DNA from: Elusimicrobiota bacterium
GTDB taxonomy: Bacteria > Elusimicrobiota > Elusimicrobia > F11
Direction of reading: 5' to 3'
DNA length: 36,881 nt
Assembly: GCA_046153645.1 (NCBI GenBank)
Contig: JBJXGI010000030.1
Coordinates: forward strand, 1-36,881
Part shown: piece by piece, positions 1 to 10,329 of the stretch
Position numbering within the stretch: the first letter of the stretch is position 1
Layout of the letters: each line of letters begins with the position of its first letter
The notes under the pieces: generated by a model
Seen by the model: the letters and a program-made list of their open reading frames with translations, nothing else
Database searches by the model: none
What the model was told of the DNA's origin: nothing
Program-made: the position numbers and the translations under genes

Positions 1-13
1 CACACGTTGTGCG

Positions 14-331
14 TCAAGTCCACAAGCTCTTATTCGATGGGCAAAAGTACTCATTCGCTTGCGACCAACGATCACATGCAATGGCAAACATATCAACAGA
101 ATAGATTGATCCAACTCCAAATTGCGATATCAAGTTTTTAAATTCTTGACGTGTTAATTGAAACATGAAATCCGCTGGAAACCGTTTCAAATTTCTTTTT
201 ACTTGTTCATTTAGTCTATAAGTTGGCACAGCATAGAGTTGAGCAAGATCACTATCTAACATAACCTTGTGTCCGCGAATGATTAATATCTTCTGTTCAA
301 TACCAGCTAATTTTATTTGATGTTTATTCAT
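14..331 (-). pseudogene. Truncated ORF6N-domain (phage antirepressor-like DNA-binding) protein
   Basis: IRGHKVMLDSDLAQLYAVPTYRLNEQVKRNLKRFPADFMFQLT..EFKNLISQF is a typical ORF6N N-terminus. The usual continuation (GGRR..PYAFTEQGVAML) is absent and the sequence diverges near nt 118. Confidence 0.75.
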
Positions 332-444
332 GTCATTATCCTTTGGGAAGGGAATTATGAGGGAATTTCTATTTTATCGACGGAAGAGAAATGAATGCCG
401 AGGGAGTTTTAGTTTACTAAAAAAATTAATGATATTATCTTCAC

Positions 445-1026
445 ATGGTTTCTGAAATTTATCTTCTAAGACACGGCGAAACGGAATGGACTATTTCTGG
501 AAGACATACCGGCATAACCGAGGTCCTCCTCACAAAAAATGGCGAAAAAGAAGCAATGGAAGCAGGACAACGCCTCCAAAAAATTACATTTGATCGGGTA
601 TTAACCAGTCCACGGAAACGCGCCCAACGCACATGCGATCTAGCTGGGCTTGGGTCAAACATTGAAATTAATAATGATTTAAGCGAGTGGAATTATGGCG
701 ATTACGAAGGTTTGTTACAATCAGAAATCCAAAAATTACAGCCAGGATGGAATGTATTTGAATATGGATGCCCTCGTGGTGAGAGCCCTGAACAAGTTTC
801 CAATCGAGTCGATCGTTTACTCTCAAAACTTCGACAGACTAAAGGAAAAATAGCTTTGGTTTCCCATGGTCATTTTACGCGCGCTTTGGCCATACGCTGG
901 GTTGGACTTCCTATTCAATACGGAAATATTTTAAGTTCTTCTACCGCATCCATTAGCATTCTTGGATTTAATGAAAATAACGGTCAACCTCTTATTAAAC
1001 TTTGGAACCAGACTTTGAAGCTTTAA
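445..1026 (+). CDS. Histidine phosphatase (phosphoglycerate mutase superfamily)
   Basis: RHGETEW motif, LSEWNYGDYEG, GES and LVSHG motifs. Confidence 0.93.
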   Translation: MVSEIYLLRHGETEWTISGRHTGITEVLLTKNGEKEAMEAGQRLQKITFDRVLTSPRKRAQRTCDLAGLGSNIEINNDLSEWNYGDYEGLLQSEIQKLQPGWNVFEYGCPRGESPEQVSNRVDRLLSKLRQTKGKIALVSHGHFTRALAIRWVGLPIQYGNILSSSTASISILGFNENNGQPLIKLWNQTLKL

Positions 1027-1726
1027 TCACCCATCCAAAAATTCCATGAAGCATCGCAATGTCGTTCTCTGTTAAACCCCACCGATAAAAAGATTTTCTC
1101 ATCCGATCTTTAGCATGACGAGGATCCCAATTTCTTTGAAGATGAGCTGCATCAAATGCTTTGCGTGCTTTTTCAACCAATACCTCTAAATGTTGAACGG
1201 ATACAGGAGTTTCAACTTGCGCCACTTTTGAAACCAGAACCGATTTCTCAAAACGTATCGCACAAGCTACGACTGCCACCGCTTGTGAAAGATTCATAGA
1301 TGGACAATCTCTGACCGTTGGAATTTTTAAGACATAATGGCAATAAGCCAAATCGTCATTTGAAAGACCAGAACGCTCTGACCCAAATAAAATGGCCACC
1401 GATTTTTTGGCTCCACCACTTTCATGAATAATTTGTTTAAGTTCCTCTAACCCAATCCAGCGACCTGACTTATTGCGCCTAGTACCGGCGGATGTGCCAA
1501 TGACGACATGCGAGCGGCGAAGCGCTTCTTTCAGAGAATCATATTTTTTTGCTTTTTCAACAACAGGGCCCGCTTGAACCGCCGAGCGAGTTTCTCTCCA
1601 CGCCACTGAATAAGGATTAACCACCGCCAAATCACGAAATCCAAAATTCGCCATTCCACGAGCGGAAGCACCAATATTTTTAGGGTTTCGAGGCGCATTT
1701 AAAATAAATTTAACTTTAACTGACAT
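995..1726 (-). CDS. trmJ: TrmJ/LasT-family SPOUT tRNA 2'-O-methyltransferase
   Basis: PRNPKNIGASARGMANFG, ILFGSERSGLSN and PSMNLSQAV motifs. Confidence 0.85.
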   Translation of the reverse strand: MSVKVKFILNAPRNPKNIGASARGMANFGFRDLAVVNPYSVAWRETRSAVQAGPVVEKAKKYDSLKEALRRSHVVIGTSAGTRRNKSGRWIGLEELKQIIHESGGAKKSVAILFGSERSGLSNDDLAYCHYVLKIPTVRDCPSMNLSQAVAVVACAIRFEKSVLVSKVAQVETPVSVQHLEVLVEKARKAFDAAHLQRNWDPRHAKDRMRKSFYRWGLTENDIAMLHGIFGWVIKASKSGSKV

Positions 1727-1788
1727 AGGACATAAGTTTACAAGATAAGTTGGTTGTGAGTTTTAGTATGATTTGCCCCACCTAACTT

Positions 1789-3246
1789 ATGAACCATAAC
1801 ATCAGTAAATCAGAAATTTGGAAAGTCATCACCGCCTCGGCCGTTGGGACTATGATTGAATGGTACGACTTTTATATTTTTGGAAGTTTAGCGACCGTCA
1901 TTGCGCCTCTTTTTTATCCAAAAGGAAATGAAACTTTAGCGCTTATTGCTTACCTATCTACTTTTGCGGTGGGTTTTGTGGTGCGGCCTTTTGGCGCGCT
2001 TTTTTTTGGACGTATTGGTGATTTGGTGGGTCGGAAATATGCGTTTTTAATTACCCTCCTCATGATGGGAGGGGCCACCGCCATTATTGGTTTTTTACCC
2101 ACCTATCAAACTATTGGAATATTGGCTCCACTCATTCTTCTTTTTATCCGAATTATCCAAGGTTTAGCTTTGGGCGGTGAATATGGTGGCGCCGCCGTTT
2201 ATGTTGCTGAACATGTTCCTGATAACAAACGAGGGTTTTACACAAGCTTCATTCAAATCACCGCCACCTTGGGCCTCTTTGTTTCATTAGCGGTTATTCT
2301 CACTGTCCAAAATACCATGACAAAAGAAGCATTTGGATTATGGGGTTGGCGAATTCCATTTTTAATTTCTATTTTATTAGTGGGCGTATCACTCTACATT
2401 CGCATCAAAATGAAAGAATCCCCCGTGTTTCAACATATAAAAAGCACCGGAATGACTTCCGCCCAACCTTTAAAAGAAGCATTCACCCAATGGAAAAACC
2501 TAAAACAAGTTCTCATTTCCCTTTTTGGGGCTACTGCCGGACAAGGAGTGGTGTGGTACACCGGACAATTTTACGCGTTGTTCTATTTGCAAACTATTTT
2601 AAAAATAAACACTACTTCTGCTAACCATATTGTGGCCATTGGATTATTACTAGGAATGCCCTTCTTTATTTTTTTTGGTTCACTCTCTGACAAAATAGGC
2701 CGAAAAAAAATCATGATGCTGGGCTGTTTGTTGGCAGCGTTGTCTTACATTCCTATTTATAAAACCATGCAGCATGTGGCTGGGTCTCATGTGGTAACAG
2801 CGATCTCTCAGGAAAACCCTATTACAGGGGCCATTAGTTTAACCCCGCAAGCAAGAGACTCTTCAGGAAATCTCATTCCCGCATCAGAAGTGATTCCGTT
2901 TACAGGTTTTGTAGATCTTGTTTCAAACAAGGTTGCTTGGCAACTTATTATTCTCATTTTTATTCAGGTTTTTTTTGTCACCATGGTTTATGGTCCCATT
3001 GCGGCTTACTTGGTAGAAGCCTTCCCCGCTCGAATTCGCTACACCGCGTTGTCTTTGCCTTATCATATTGGAAACGGCGTCTTTGGTGGACTTCTGCCTC
3101 TTATCGGAATGACAGTAATCGCGCAAACAGGCAATATTTACGCAGGGCTTTATTATCCGATTGTTGTGGCTCTCATTACTTTTGTTGTGGGGTCGTTGTT
3201 ACTCAAAGAAACAAGGCATACTCAAATTTGGAATGAAATTAAATAA
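1789..3246 (+). CDS. MFS transporter, MHS (metabolite:H+ symporter) family
   Basis: GTMIEWYDFYIFG, GRIGDLVGRK, QGLALGGEYGGA, WGWRIPF and SDKIGRK motifs; about 12 TM segments. Confidence 0.93.
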   Translation: MNHNISKSEIWKVITASAVGTMIEWYDFYIFGSLATVIAPLFYPKGNETLALIAYLSTFAVGFVVRPFGALFFGRIGDLVGRKYAFLITLLMMGGATAIIGFLPTYQTIGILAPLILLFIRIIQGLALGGEYGGAAVYVAEHVPDNKRGFYTSFIQITATLGLFVSLAVILTVQNTMTKEAFGLWGWRIPFLISILLVGVSLYIRIKMKESPVFQHIKSTGMTSAQPLKEAFTQWKNLKQVLISLFGATAGQGVVWYTGQFYALFYLQTILKINTTSANHIVAIGLLLGMPFFIFFGSLSDKIGRKKIMMLGCLLAALSYIPIYKTMQHVAGSHVVTAISQENPITGAISLTPQARDSSGNLIPASEVIPFTGFVDLVSNKVAWQLIILIFIQVFFVTMVYGPIAAYLVEAFPARIRYTALSLPYHIGNGVFGGLLPLIGMTVIAQTGNIYAGLYYPIVVALITFVVGSLLLKETRHTQIWNEIK

Positions 3247-3262
3247 ACACTCAATCTTTATT

Positions 3263-3292
3263 TGTATATTAGAAATTAATTTCTAATATGCA
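3263..3292. promoter_or_regulatory. Perfect 24-bp palindrome overlapping the putative promoter of the AAA pseudogene
   Basis: ATATTAGAAATT|AATTTCTAATAT at 3266-3289, overlapping TTGTAT (3262) and TAATAT (3284); ATG at 3297. Confidence 0.6.
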
Positions 3293-3296
3293 TGGT

Positions 3297-3627
3297 ATGA
3301 TTGAACGAATCGATTTCACAAAGGTAAAGCAACTCCTCTCCAGATCTCCCGCTGTCGTTTTATTAGGTCCCCGGCAATGCGGCAAAACAACCCTCTCAAA
3401 GAGATTGTCTAAACTGTATTTTGATCTTGAAAATACAGAAGATCAAACGGCGCTTGATGTCCGTTGGAATGAACTGATCCAACCAATTCAAAAGCATAGG
3501 ACAACAAATTGGGGCCAACCATTTTATTTTTATCTCTCGCTCTCAAAATACCATAAAATCAACAGACACTTTAATTACAAATATTAAAGGGTTTTTAATG
3601 AATCTAAAAAGAAGAGAGAACATTTAA
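3297..3627 (+). pseudogene. AAA+ ATPase/DUF4143-family gene with a large internal deletion
   Basis: N-terminus SPAVVLLGPRQCGKTTL..YFDLE has Walker A but no Walker B. From about 3481 another frame reads NQFKSIGQQIGANHFIFISRSQNTIKSTDTLITNIKGFL..* to TAA 3625-3627, resembling the family's C-terminus. Confidence 0.7.
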
Positions 3628-3628
3628 C

Positions 3629-4270
3629 CTGTCCATACTTATCCGGCCTTATCATCGCTCCGATAAAGAAAAAATAAGACAAATCTGTTGCGATGCTGGA
3701 TATTTGGGACAACCAATGGATTCAGTTTTCCCAGACCGGGAATTGTTTGCTGATTATTGGATTTCCTACCACACTGACTTTGAGCCTAAATCTCTTTTCG
3801 TGGCCGAGGACGATAACCAAATCTTAGGCTATATCGCAGGGAGTTTTAATCATGATCAATTCAGAAGAAAGATGATGTGGACTATTTTTCCTAAACTCAT
3901 TTTGAAACTATTTCATAAAGGTTTGATGTTTAATAAAAAAGCTTGGAGTTTAGTGACAACGCCCCTCTATCCTAAAAAACCTAAAAAAATCGAACTAAAG
4001 TTCAAAATTAATTCTCCTCATGCCAGTCTTCACATTAATTTAGACAAACAAGCCCGCGGACAAAAAATTGGCTCTCAATTAATGGAAAAATTTGAAAAAA
4101 CGGCTCGCGAAAGAAAAATAGAGACCATCACAGCTGGGGTGAGAGAAGACAATCAAAAGGCCGCTCATTTTTTTAAAAAACAAGGGTTTGTGCTACAAAG
4201 CGTCCACTTGGGATATTCTGTTCGAAATGAAATTTTTAATGTAGTTATTTATGCAAAAGAATTGAAATGA
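3629..4270 (+). CDS. GNAT-family N-acetyltransferase (probable CTG start at 3629)
   Basis: LHINLDKQARGQKIGSQL acetyl-CoA motif and NQKAAHFFKKQGF. The frame stays open upstream of the TTG at 3704 and encodes SILIRPYHRSDKEKIRQICCD. Confidence 0.85.
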   Translation: MSILIRPYHRSDKEKIRQICCDAGYLGQPMDSVFPDRELFADYWISYHTDFEPKSLFVAEDDNQILGYIAGSFNHDQFRRKMMWTIFPKLILKLFHKGLMFNKKAWSLVTTPLYPKKPKKIELKFKINSPHASLHINLDKQARGQKIGSQLMEKFEKTARERKIETITAGVREDNQKAAHFFKKQGFVLQSVHLGYSVRNEIFNVVIYAKELK

Positions 4271-5442
4271 ATTTTTATTCTCAAATTCCGGGATTCAAAC
4301 ACTTTCGAGAATTTTCTCAAAAAAAACATTATGTTCCTCTTCCGTTAGATTGGGACATTATTGTTACTGACATTCAAAACTCCACCGTCGCCATAGAATC
4401 GGGACGATACAAAGATGTGAATGCTGTGGGAGCCGCATCTATTGTTGCCATTGTGAATGCTTTAAAACCTATTGTTGTTCCTTTTGTTTTTGGTGGGGAT
4501 GGAGCCACCTTGGCCATTCCACGATCAATGAGAGATAAAGCCGAAGCAGCCCTACTTGGGACAAAAGATATGGCAGAAAAAAGTTTCGGCCTTTCTTTAA
4601 GAATTGGAATTATTGGAATGAACGTACTTTCAGATCAAGGAAAAGAACTATTAGTCGGAAAATTTCGCCCTCACGAACATTATGAGCAAGCCATGTTTAT
4701 GGGTAATGGGCTTGATACAGCTGAATCCCTGATTAAAAGAAAAATAACTCCCAATCCTTATTTAATTTCAAATCCCAATATTTCCGGCAACGCAGATTTT
4801 TCTGGTTTTGAGTGCCGTTGGAATGAAGTTCCTAGCCCTTTTGGAGAAACCATTTCATTATTGGTTAAAACACATCCACAAAATCAAATAGACATAACCG
4901 AAACATATTCAAAAATAATTGAAGATATCACAAAAATTTATGGCGACGACGTAAAACATCATCCGCTCAAGCTAGATCAATTAACATTGGCCGCCACGCC
5001 AAAAAAGTTATCAGCTGAGATAAAAATTAAAACTTACTTTTCATCTTTTAAAGAACGTGTTTTTAATGCATCTAAAATATTTTTGTACGCTCTGATAGGT
5101 CGCATCTACATCTGGAAAAAAATTAAAACAGAAAATGCTGACTGGGGCGCTTATAAAACCCAACTTATTGCTAATAGCGACTTTCAAAAATTTGACGGCG
5201 CGCTTCGCATGGTGATCTCTGGGACTCGAAAACAAAGCCAACAATTACGAAAATTACTGGAAATTTATCACGGCGCACAAAAAATTGTTTTTGGTTTATA
5301 TATTAACCCGGCAGCTATTATCACTTGCCTCATTTCAAATTATCATCAAAATCATGTGCATTTTATTGATGGCTCAGCTGGTGGATATGCCATGGCAGCC
5401 AAAGAAATGAAAAAACAACTCAGCTTAAATAAATTAACATGA
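4267..5442 (+). CDS. DUF3095-family protein (nucleotide-cyclase-like)
   Basis: WDIIVTDIQNST..GRYKDVNAVGAA, PFVFGGDGAT, GFECRW, DFQKFDG, HVHFIDGSAGGYAMAA. Confidence 0.8.
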   Translation: MNFYSQIPGFKHFREFSQKKHYVPLPLDWDIIVTDIQNSTVAIESGRYKDVNAVGAASIVAIVNALKPIVVPFVFGGDGATLAIPRSMRDKAEAALLGTKDMAEKSFGLSLRIGIIGMNVLSDQGKELLVGKFRPHEHYEQAMFMGNGLDTAESLIKRKITPNPYLISNPNISGNADFSGFECRWNEVPSPFGETISLLVKTHPQNQIDITETYSKIIEDITKIYGDDVKHHPLKLDQLTLAATPKKLSAEIKIKTYFSSFKERVFNASKIFLYALIGRIYIWKKIKTENADWGAYKTQLIANSDFQKFDGALRMVISGTRKQSQQLRKLLEIYHGAQKIVFGLYINPAAIITCLISNYHQNHVHFIDGSAGGYAMAAKEMKKQLSLNKLT

Positions 5443-5460
5443 CACCAAGGAGCATAGAAC

Positions 5461-6852
5461 ATGAATAAATCATTTAGAACAGAATCCGATAGCATGGGAA
5501 AAATAGAAGTTCCCACAGATCGATATTGGGGGGCTCAAACCCAACGATCTCTTGTCCATTTTGATATTGGCACAGATGTCATGCCACCAGAACTCATTCG
5601 CGCTTTTGGAATACTAAAAAAAGCCTGCGCGCTTGTTAACCAGGACCTAGGAAAGCTCTCTCAGGAAAAAGCTGCACTTATTTCACAAGCAGCTGATGAA
5701 GTTATTGAAGGAAAACTGCACACCCATTTTCCGCTGCGCATTTGGCAAACCGGCTCAGGAACACAGACCAATATGAATATGAATGAAGTTATTTCCAATC
5801 GCGCTATTGAAATAGCCAAAGGCGAGATGGGCAGCAAAAAACCCATTCATCCCAATGACGATGTAAACATGTCTCAATCATCTAATGACACTTTTCCAAC
5901 TGCCATGTATATTGCCGCTGCAACTGAATTAGAAAAGTCTCTTTTGCCGGCCTTGGCGGCATTACGGCAGTCCTTAATAGAAAAACAAAAAAAATTTGAA
6001 TCCATTATTAAAATTGGAAGAACACACCTCATGGATGCTGTCCCCATGACATTGGGACAAGAGTTTTCTGGTTGGGTGTCATTAATTGAAAGAGATGAGG
6101 AACGACTCAAATCGGTACTCCCAGGGTTAAAAGATCTTGCCATCGGTGGCACTGCGGTCGGAACAGGTCTTAATACCCACCCTGAATTTGCTGAGCGAGC
6201 CGCTAAAAAAATATCTAATTTAACTCAACTTCATTTCTCATCTCACCCGAATAAATTTGCCGCCCTTTCGGCTCATGACGAAATTGTTTTTGCCAGTGGC
6301 GCACTTAAAACCTTGGCGGCCTCTCTCATGAAAATCGCCAATGATATAAGGTGGTTGGCTTCTGGCCCTCGCTGCGGTCTTGGAGAACTGTCGCTTCCTG
6401 AAAATGAACCAGGCTCATCTATTATGCCAGGCAAAGTAAACCCCACTCAAAGTGAAGCTATGACTATGGTGGCTATTCAAGTGATGGGCAATGATGCAGC
6501 CATTGGTTTTGCCGGATCACAAGGAAACTTTGAACTCAATGTTTTTAAACCTGTCATGATCCATAATTTTCTTCACTCGGTTCGTTTGCTTAAAGATGCT
6601 TGCCGGATGTTCATGGAGCATTGCGTTCATGGTATTGAAGTCAACAAATCCAAAATAGCATGGTATGTGAATAATTCTCTCATGCTTGTCACTGCCCTTA
6701 GCCCCAAAGTGGGCTATGACAACGCAGCCAAAATTGCTCACACCGCTCACCACGAAGACTTAAGTTTAAAAGAAGCTTGTATTAAACTTGGATTCTTAAA
6801 TTCAAAAGAATTTGATGAACTGGTTCGTCCAGAAAAAATGACTCATCCATGA
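5461..6852 (+). CDS. fumC: Class II fumarate hydratase
   Basis: [26 protein letters not shown] and [13 protein letters not shown] signature; SD AAGGAG upstream. Confidence 0.97.
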   Translation: MNKSFRTESDSMGKIEVPTDRYWGAQTQRSLVHFDIGTDVMPPELIRAFGILKKACALVNQDLGKLSQEKAALISQAADEVIEGKLHTHFPLRIWQTGSGTQTNMNMNEVISNRAIEIAKGEMGSKKPIHPNDDVNMSQSSNDTFPTAMYIAAATELEKSLLPALAALRQSLIEKQKKFESIIKIGRTHLMDAVPMTLGQEFSGWVSLIERDEERLKSVLPGLKDLAIGGTAVGTGLNTHPEFAERAAKKISNLTQLHFSSHPNKFAALSAHDEIVFASGALKTLAASLMKIANDIRWLASGPRCGLGELSLPENEPGSSIMPGKVNPTQSEAMTMVAIQVMGNDAAIGFAGSQGNFELNVFKPVMIHNFLHSVRLLKDACRMFMEHCVHGIEVNKSKIAWYVNNSLMLVTALSPKVGYDNAAKIAHTAHHEDLSLKEACIKLGFLNSKEFDELVRPEKMTHP

Positions 6853-8075
6853 CAACACTGTCCCAAAAAACCCCTCAGAACGCCGGGGTTTGGTTTGTTT
6901 TTATTACTATTCTTTTAGATGCTATTGGCTTGGGGATTTTAATTCCCACTCTTCCAGACGTTTTGAGACGTTTTTCCCAAGATTCAACCGTTGTTTCAGA
7001 GTATTTTGGTTTATTTATTGGTGTTTACGCGCTCATGCAATTCTTAACGTCTCCTATTTTAGGAGCGTTATCTGACCAATTTGGTCGTAAATCTATTTTA
7101 TTGAGTTCTCTCTTAGGCGCGGGAATTGATTATATTTTTATGGCTTTTGCGCCAACTCTTGGATTACTTTTTTTAGGACGAATTATTTCTGGCCTAACAG
7201 GCGCCAGCATGACAGTGGCTTCAAGTTATATGGCAGACATTAGTACTGACAAAAATCGCTCTGCTAATTTTGGAATGATTGGCGCCGCCTGGGGTGTTGG
7301 GTTTATTTTGGGTCCTTTACTTGGAGGTCTTTTAGGTACTCATGGTGCCAAAGCGCCATTTTTAGCGGCAGCAGCGCTAAACCTATTAAATTTCTTCTAT
7401 GGGATTTTTGTTTTACCAGAATCTCTTCCTATTGAGAAAAGAAGAAAAATAATTCTGTCCAAATTAAATCCATTTTCATCTTTAAAAAAAATCCTCAAAT
7501 CTTCAGAATTTGTTCACCTTATTTGGATTTTCTTTCTTTTATTTCTTGCTGGGCAAGTACATCCGGCAAATTGGACGCTTTATACTCAATTAAAATTCAA
7601 CTGGACAACATGGGAAGTTGGGCTTTCACTTTCATTTGTTGGGATTGTCATTGCCATATCACAGGGTCTTTTAACGCGTATTCTTATTCCTAAATGGGGT
7701 GAACAGCGATCCCTCACAATTGGAATTGTCATTTATGTCATTAGTTTTGCTTTTTTTGCTTTAGCCACTCAGGGGTGGATGATGTACGTTATTATGATTG
7801 TTTTTTCAATTTCGGGAATTGCGCTACCTGCTTTACAATCGATTGTTACAAAACAGATTCCCAACAATGAGCAAGGAGAACTTCAAGGGAATTTGGTTTC
7901 TTTAGGAAGTATCGCTTCTATTATTGGCCCACTTTTATACACCTTTTTATTTGTCCATTTCACAAAACCACATTCAAAATTTTATTTTTCTGGAGCTGCG
8001 TATATGGGCGCTTCCATTATTTGCTTAATCGCACTTTTAATTCGGCCAAAAAAAATTGAAGAAAAAAGATCATAG
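6849..8075 (+). CDS. TetA-like (TCR/DHA1) MFS efflux transporter
   Basis: [56 protein letters not shown] overlap with the fumC stop. Confidence 0.88.
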   Translation: MTTLSQKTPQNAGVWFVFITILLDAIGLGILIPTLPDVLRRFSQDSTVVSEYFGLFIGVYALMQFLTSPILGALSDQFGRKSILLSSLLGAGIDYIFMAFAPTLGLLFLGRIISGLTGASMTVASSYMADISTDKNRSANFGMIGAAWGVGFILGPLLGGLLGTHGAKAPFLAAAALNLLNFFYGIFVLPESLPIEKRRKIILSKLNPFSSLKKILKSSEFVHLIWIFFLLFLAGQVHPANWTLYTQLKFNWTTWEVGLSLSFVGIVIAISQGLLTRILIPKWGEQRSLTIGIVIYVISFAFFALATQGWMMYVIMIVFSISGIALPALQSIVTKQIPNNEQGELQGNLVSLGSIASIIGPLLYTFLFVHFTKPHSKFYFSGAAYMGASIICLIALLIRPKKIEEKRS

Positions 8076-8168
8076 TTTTTTAGATGGTGACGACCATTAC
8101 CCTAGAGAAGAAATAAGGTATATAATCACTTTACTTTAATTAGATTTAATTTTATTTGGGAGGCATAT

Positions 8169-8300
8169 ATGCCAAACGCAGGACGAAGACGTAGAAAAAA
8201 ACAAATGCAAAGCCGACGAAAAAATCGTTATTCCTTAGAAGAAAGACATAAAAAAGGAATTTCCGCGACCGCCAGAGCAAAAGCTGCAGCGGCGAAATAG
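8169..8300 (+). CDS. 43-aa highly basic small protein (not in ORF track)
   Basis: MPNAGRRRRKKQMQSRRKNRYSLEERHKKGISATARAKAAAAK*; SD GGGAGG at 8158-8163, TATAAT at 8121-8126, own terminator downstream. Confidence 0.75.
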   Translation: MPNAGRRRRKKQMQSRRKNRYSLEERHKKGISATARAKAAAAK

Positions 8301-8310
8301 TTTGTTTTCG

Positions 8311-8345
8311 AGTCCTCAGGAGTTTCTCCTGGGGACTTTTTATTT
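8311..8345 (+). terminator. Intrinsic terminator
   Basis: AGTCCTCAGGAG-TTT-CTCCTGGGGACT stem (one G-U pair) followed by a T-rich tract. Confidence 0.8.
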
Positions 8346-10196
8346 ATGATTTTTAAATTTTTATCTTATCAGTCACTCCAAAATCTTTTTTACTCAAGTA
8401 AAAAAGCATTCCTCCGGTTCCCAGCACCTATTGTTCTTTCCTTTGTTTGTGCTGCTATTGGTGTCTATTTAACTGAATTTCGAAATCATGAAAATCCTTT
8501 ATATGCTTCTCTGACTCAAACTTTATTCGTATGCATATTAGGAATCTCCCTTACCACTGGCCTCACTTTTTTAGCTGAAGAACTTAAATCAAAAAAAGCT
8601 TCCTTTTATTTACCTCTTTTTGGCCTGTTACTTTTATTCGTTTTTAGATGCTCTTACAACGAACAAAGACCTCTTATTTACTTACATCGATTTTGGATTT
8701 ATATGTTTGCGAGCCATTTATTTGTGGCTTTCTCAAAATGTTTAAATAAAAAATCTCTTGACCGATTTTGGCAATTCAACCAAGACCTCTTTTTAAAAAT
8801 ACCCCTGACACTTATTTTTTCCGGTGTTTTATCAATAGGTTTATGTATCGCTTTATGGGCCATAGATACACTTCTTGGTATTCATGTGGCACCTCGAGTG
8901 TATACATCCATTAACCTCACTGTTTGGTTTATCTTTAGCACTTGGTTTTATTTATCTGAACTACCCAATGAATCAGACCCGGCACAAGAATATTTATCTT
9001 ATCCCTCATCTTTAAGAATTTTCTCTCAATATATTCTTATCCCATTGGTCACTATTTATCTGCTCATCCTTTTTAGTTATATGGGGAAAATTCTCATTTC
9101 TCAAGAATGGCCGAAAGGTCTCCTTGGATACTTAGTGACCACCGTTTCAGTGGTGGGCATGTTGTCACTGCTTCTGGTTCATCCCTTAAAAAACAAACCG
9201 GAATATAAATGGATCCGATTTTATACCCGCGCTTTTTATTGGTGCTTATTCCCGTTGTGTATCATGCTGAGTTTGGCCTTATGGAAAAGAGTGTCTGATT
9301 ATGGCCTAACCGAAAACCGCTGCTATTTGATTTTGTTATCAATGTGGATATTCGCAACAGCAATATATTCCACATATAAAAAAGATCACAATATTAAATG
9401 GATCCCTATTTCTCTTTGTTTGATTGCATTACTAAGCTCAGTGGGGCCTTGGAGTGTCTTTAATCTCTCTCGTCTTTATCAGACTCATCGTTTAGAAATG
9501 TTACTCCTTAAAGCCGGGGCCTGGGATATGTACACAGGAAAAGTTAAAAAAACATCTCAATCAATAGATTTCAAAGACACTAAAGAGATCAGTAGCGTAT
9601 TTGATTATTTGTTGAACATGCATGGGGTTTCTTCCTTACAACCTCTTTTCTCTGAAAAATTACCTGCGGCAGAAACTCAAAAATATCGGCACAGTATTTT
9701 TCATCGTCCCACAAATGAATTAGCCCCAAAAATCATGCAAATGATAGGGCTTACTTATGCCAATCAATGGCAACAAAATGAACAATTTAATTTTTCTTCT
9801 TATGATAGAGAAATGACTCCTCATTTAATTTCAGGTTATGATTATCTTCTCCCCATTTACATTTATTATCGAAATCAAAAAAGCATTAAAACGTCTGAAC
9901 CTAAAAATATAACATGCGCAATCAACTTAAGTTCGAACACCATAGTTGTCCTCATTTCAAAAGATCAAATTTCAAGAAAAATTGAATACGATCTGTCACC
10001 TTTTATTGAAACTCTAAAAAAAGATTTTGGCATTCAATCAGGAAACGTGCCAAAAGAAAAGTTTTGGATTGAAACAGAAAACAAAGATATGAAAATTAAG
10101 ATTCTATTTTATGGAATTTCCGGGAAAATTGAGGATAAAAAAACAGTCATTGAATCGTTAAATGGAATGGCTTTTTTTACTTTAAAGTCTCTTTAA
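8346..10196 (+). CDS. DUF4153-family polytopic membrane protein
   Basis: Many TM segments; SHLFVAF, FWQFN, QYILIPLVTIYLLIL, WPKG, RVSDYGLTENR and GPWS motifs. Confidence 0.8.
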   Translation: MIFKFLSYQSLQNLFYSSKKAFLRFPAPIVLSFVCAAIGVYLTEFRNHENPLYASLTQTLFVCILGISLTTGLTFLAEELKSKKASFYLPLFGLLLLFVFRCSYNEQRPLIYLHRFWIYMFASHLFVAFSKCLNKKSLDRFWQFNQDLFLKIPLTLIFSGVLSIGLCIALWAIDTLLGIHVAPRVYTSINLTVWFIFSTWFYLSELPNESDPAQEYLSYPSSLRIFSQYILIPLVTIYLLILFSYMGKILISQEWPKGLLGYLVTTVSVVGMLSLLLVHPLKNKPEYKWIRFYTRAFYWCLFPLCIMLSLALWKRVSDYGLTENRCYLILLSMWIFATAIYSTYKKDHNIKWIPISLCLIALLSSVGPWSVFNLSRLYQTHRLEMLLLKAGAWDMYTGKVKKTSQSIDFKDTKEISSVFDYLLNMHGVSSLQPLFSEKLPAAETQKYRHSIFHRPTNELAPKIMQMIGLTYANQWQQNEQFNFSSYDREMTPHLISGYDYLLPIYIYYRNQKSIKTSEPKNITCAINLSSNTIVVLISKDQISRKIEYDLSPFIETLKKDFGIQSGNVPKEKFWIETENKDMKIKILFYGISGKIEDKKTVIESLNGMAFFTLKSL

Positions 10197-10201
10197 GGTT
10201 A

Positions 10202-10240
10202 CCTCCTCACCCTAACCCTCTCCTCTTGAGAGGAGAGGGG
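10202..10240. repeat. BoxC/REP-like palindromic element
   Basis: CCTCACCCTAA followed by CCCTCTCCTCT-TG-AGAGGAGAGGG (11-bp perfect inverted repeat), matching the widespread CCCTCACCCTAACCCTCTCCC..GGGAGAGGG element. Confidence 0.7.
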
Positions 10241-10329
10241 AAACAGAAAACGAATTGAATTAACAGGTTGTTTTAGTTAAGGGCCGGGTTGTTGCATAAA
10301 TGTAGGCAGCAGCAATTTCGGAGGATCTT

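Noticed and set aside
6849..8075. Possible acquired tetracycline resistance gene
   Set aside because: No tetR or mobile context, coupled to fumC and host-like composition; substrate cannot be inferred
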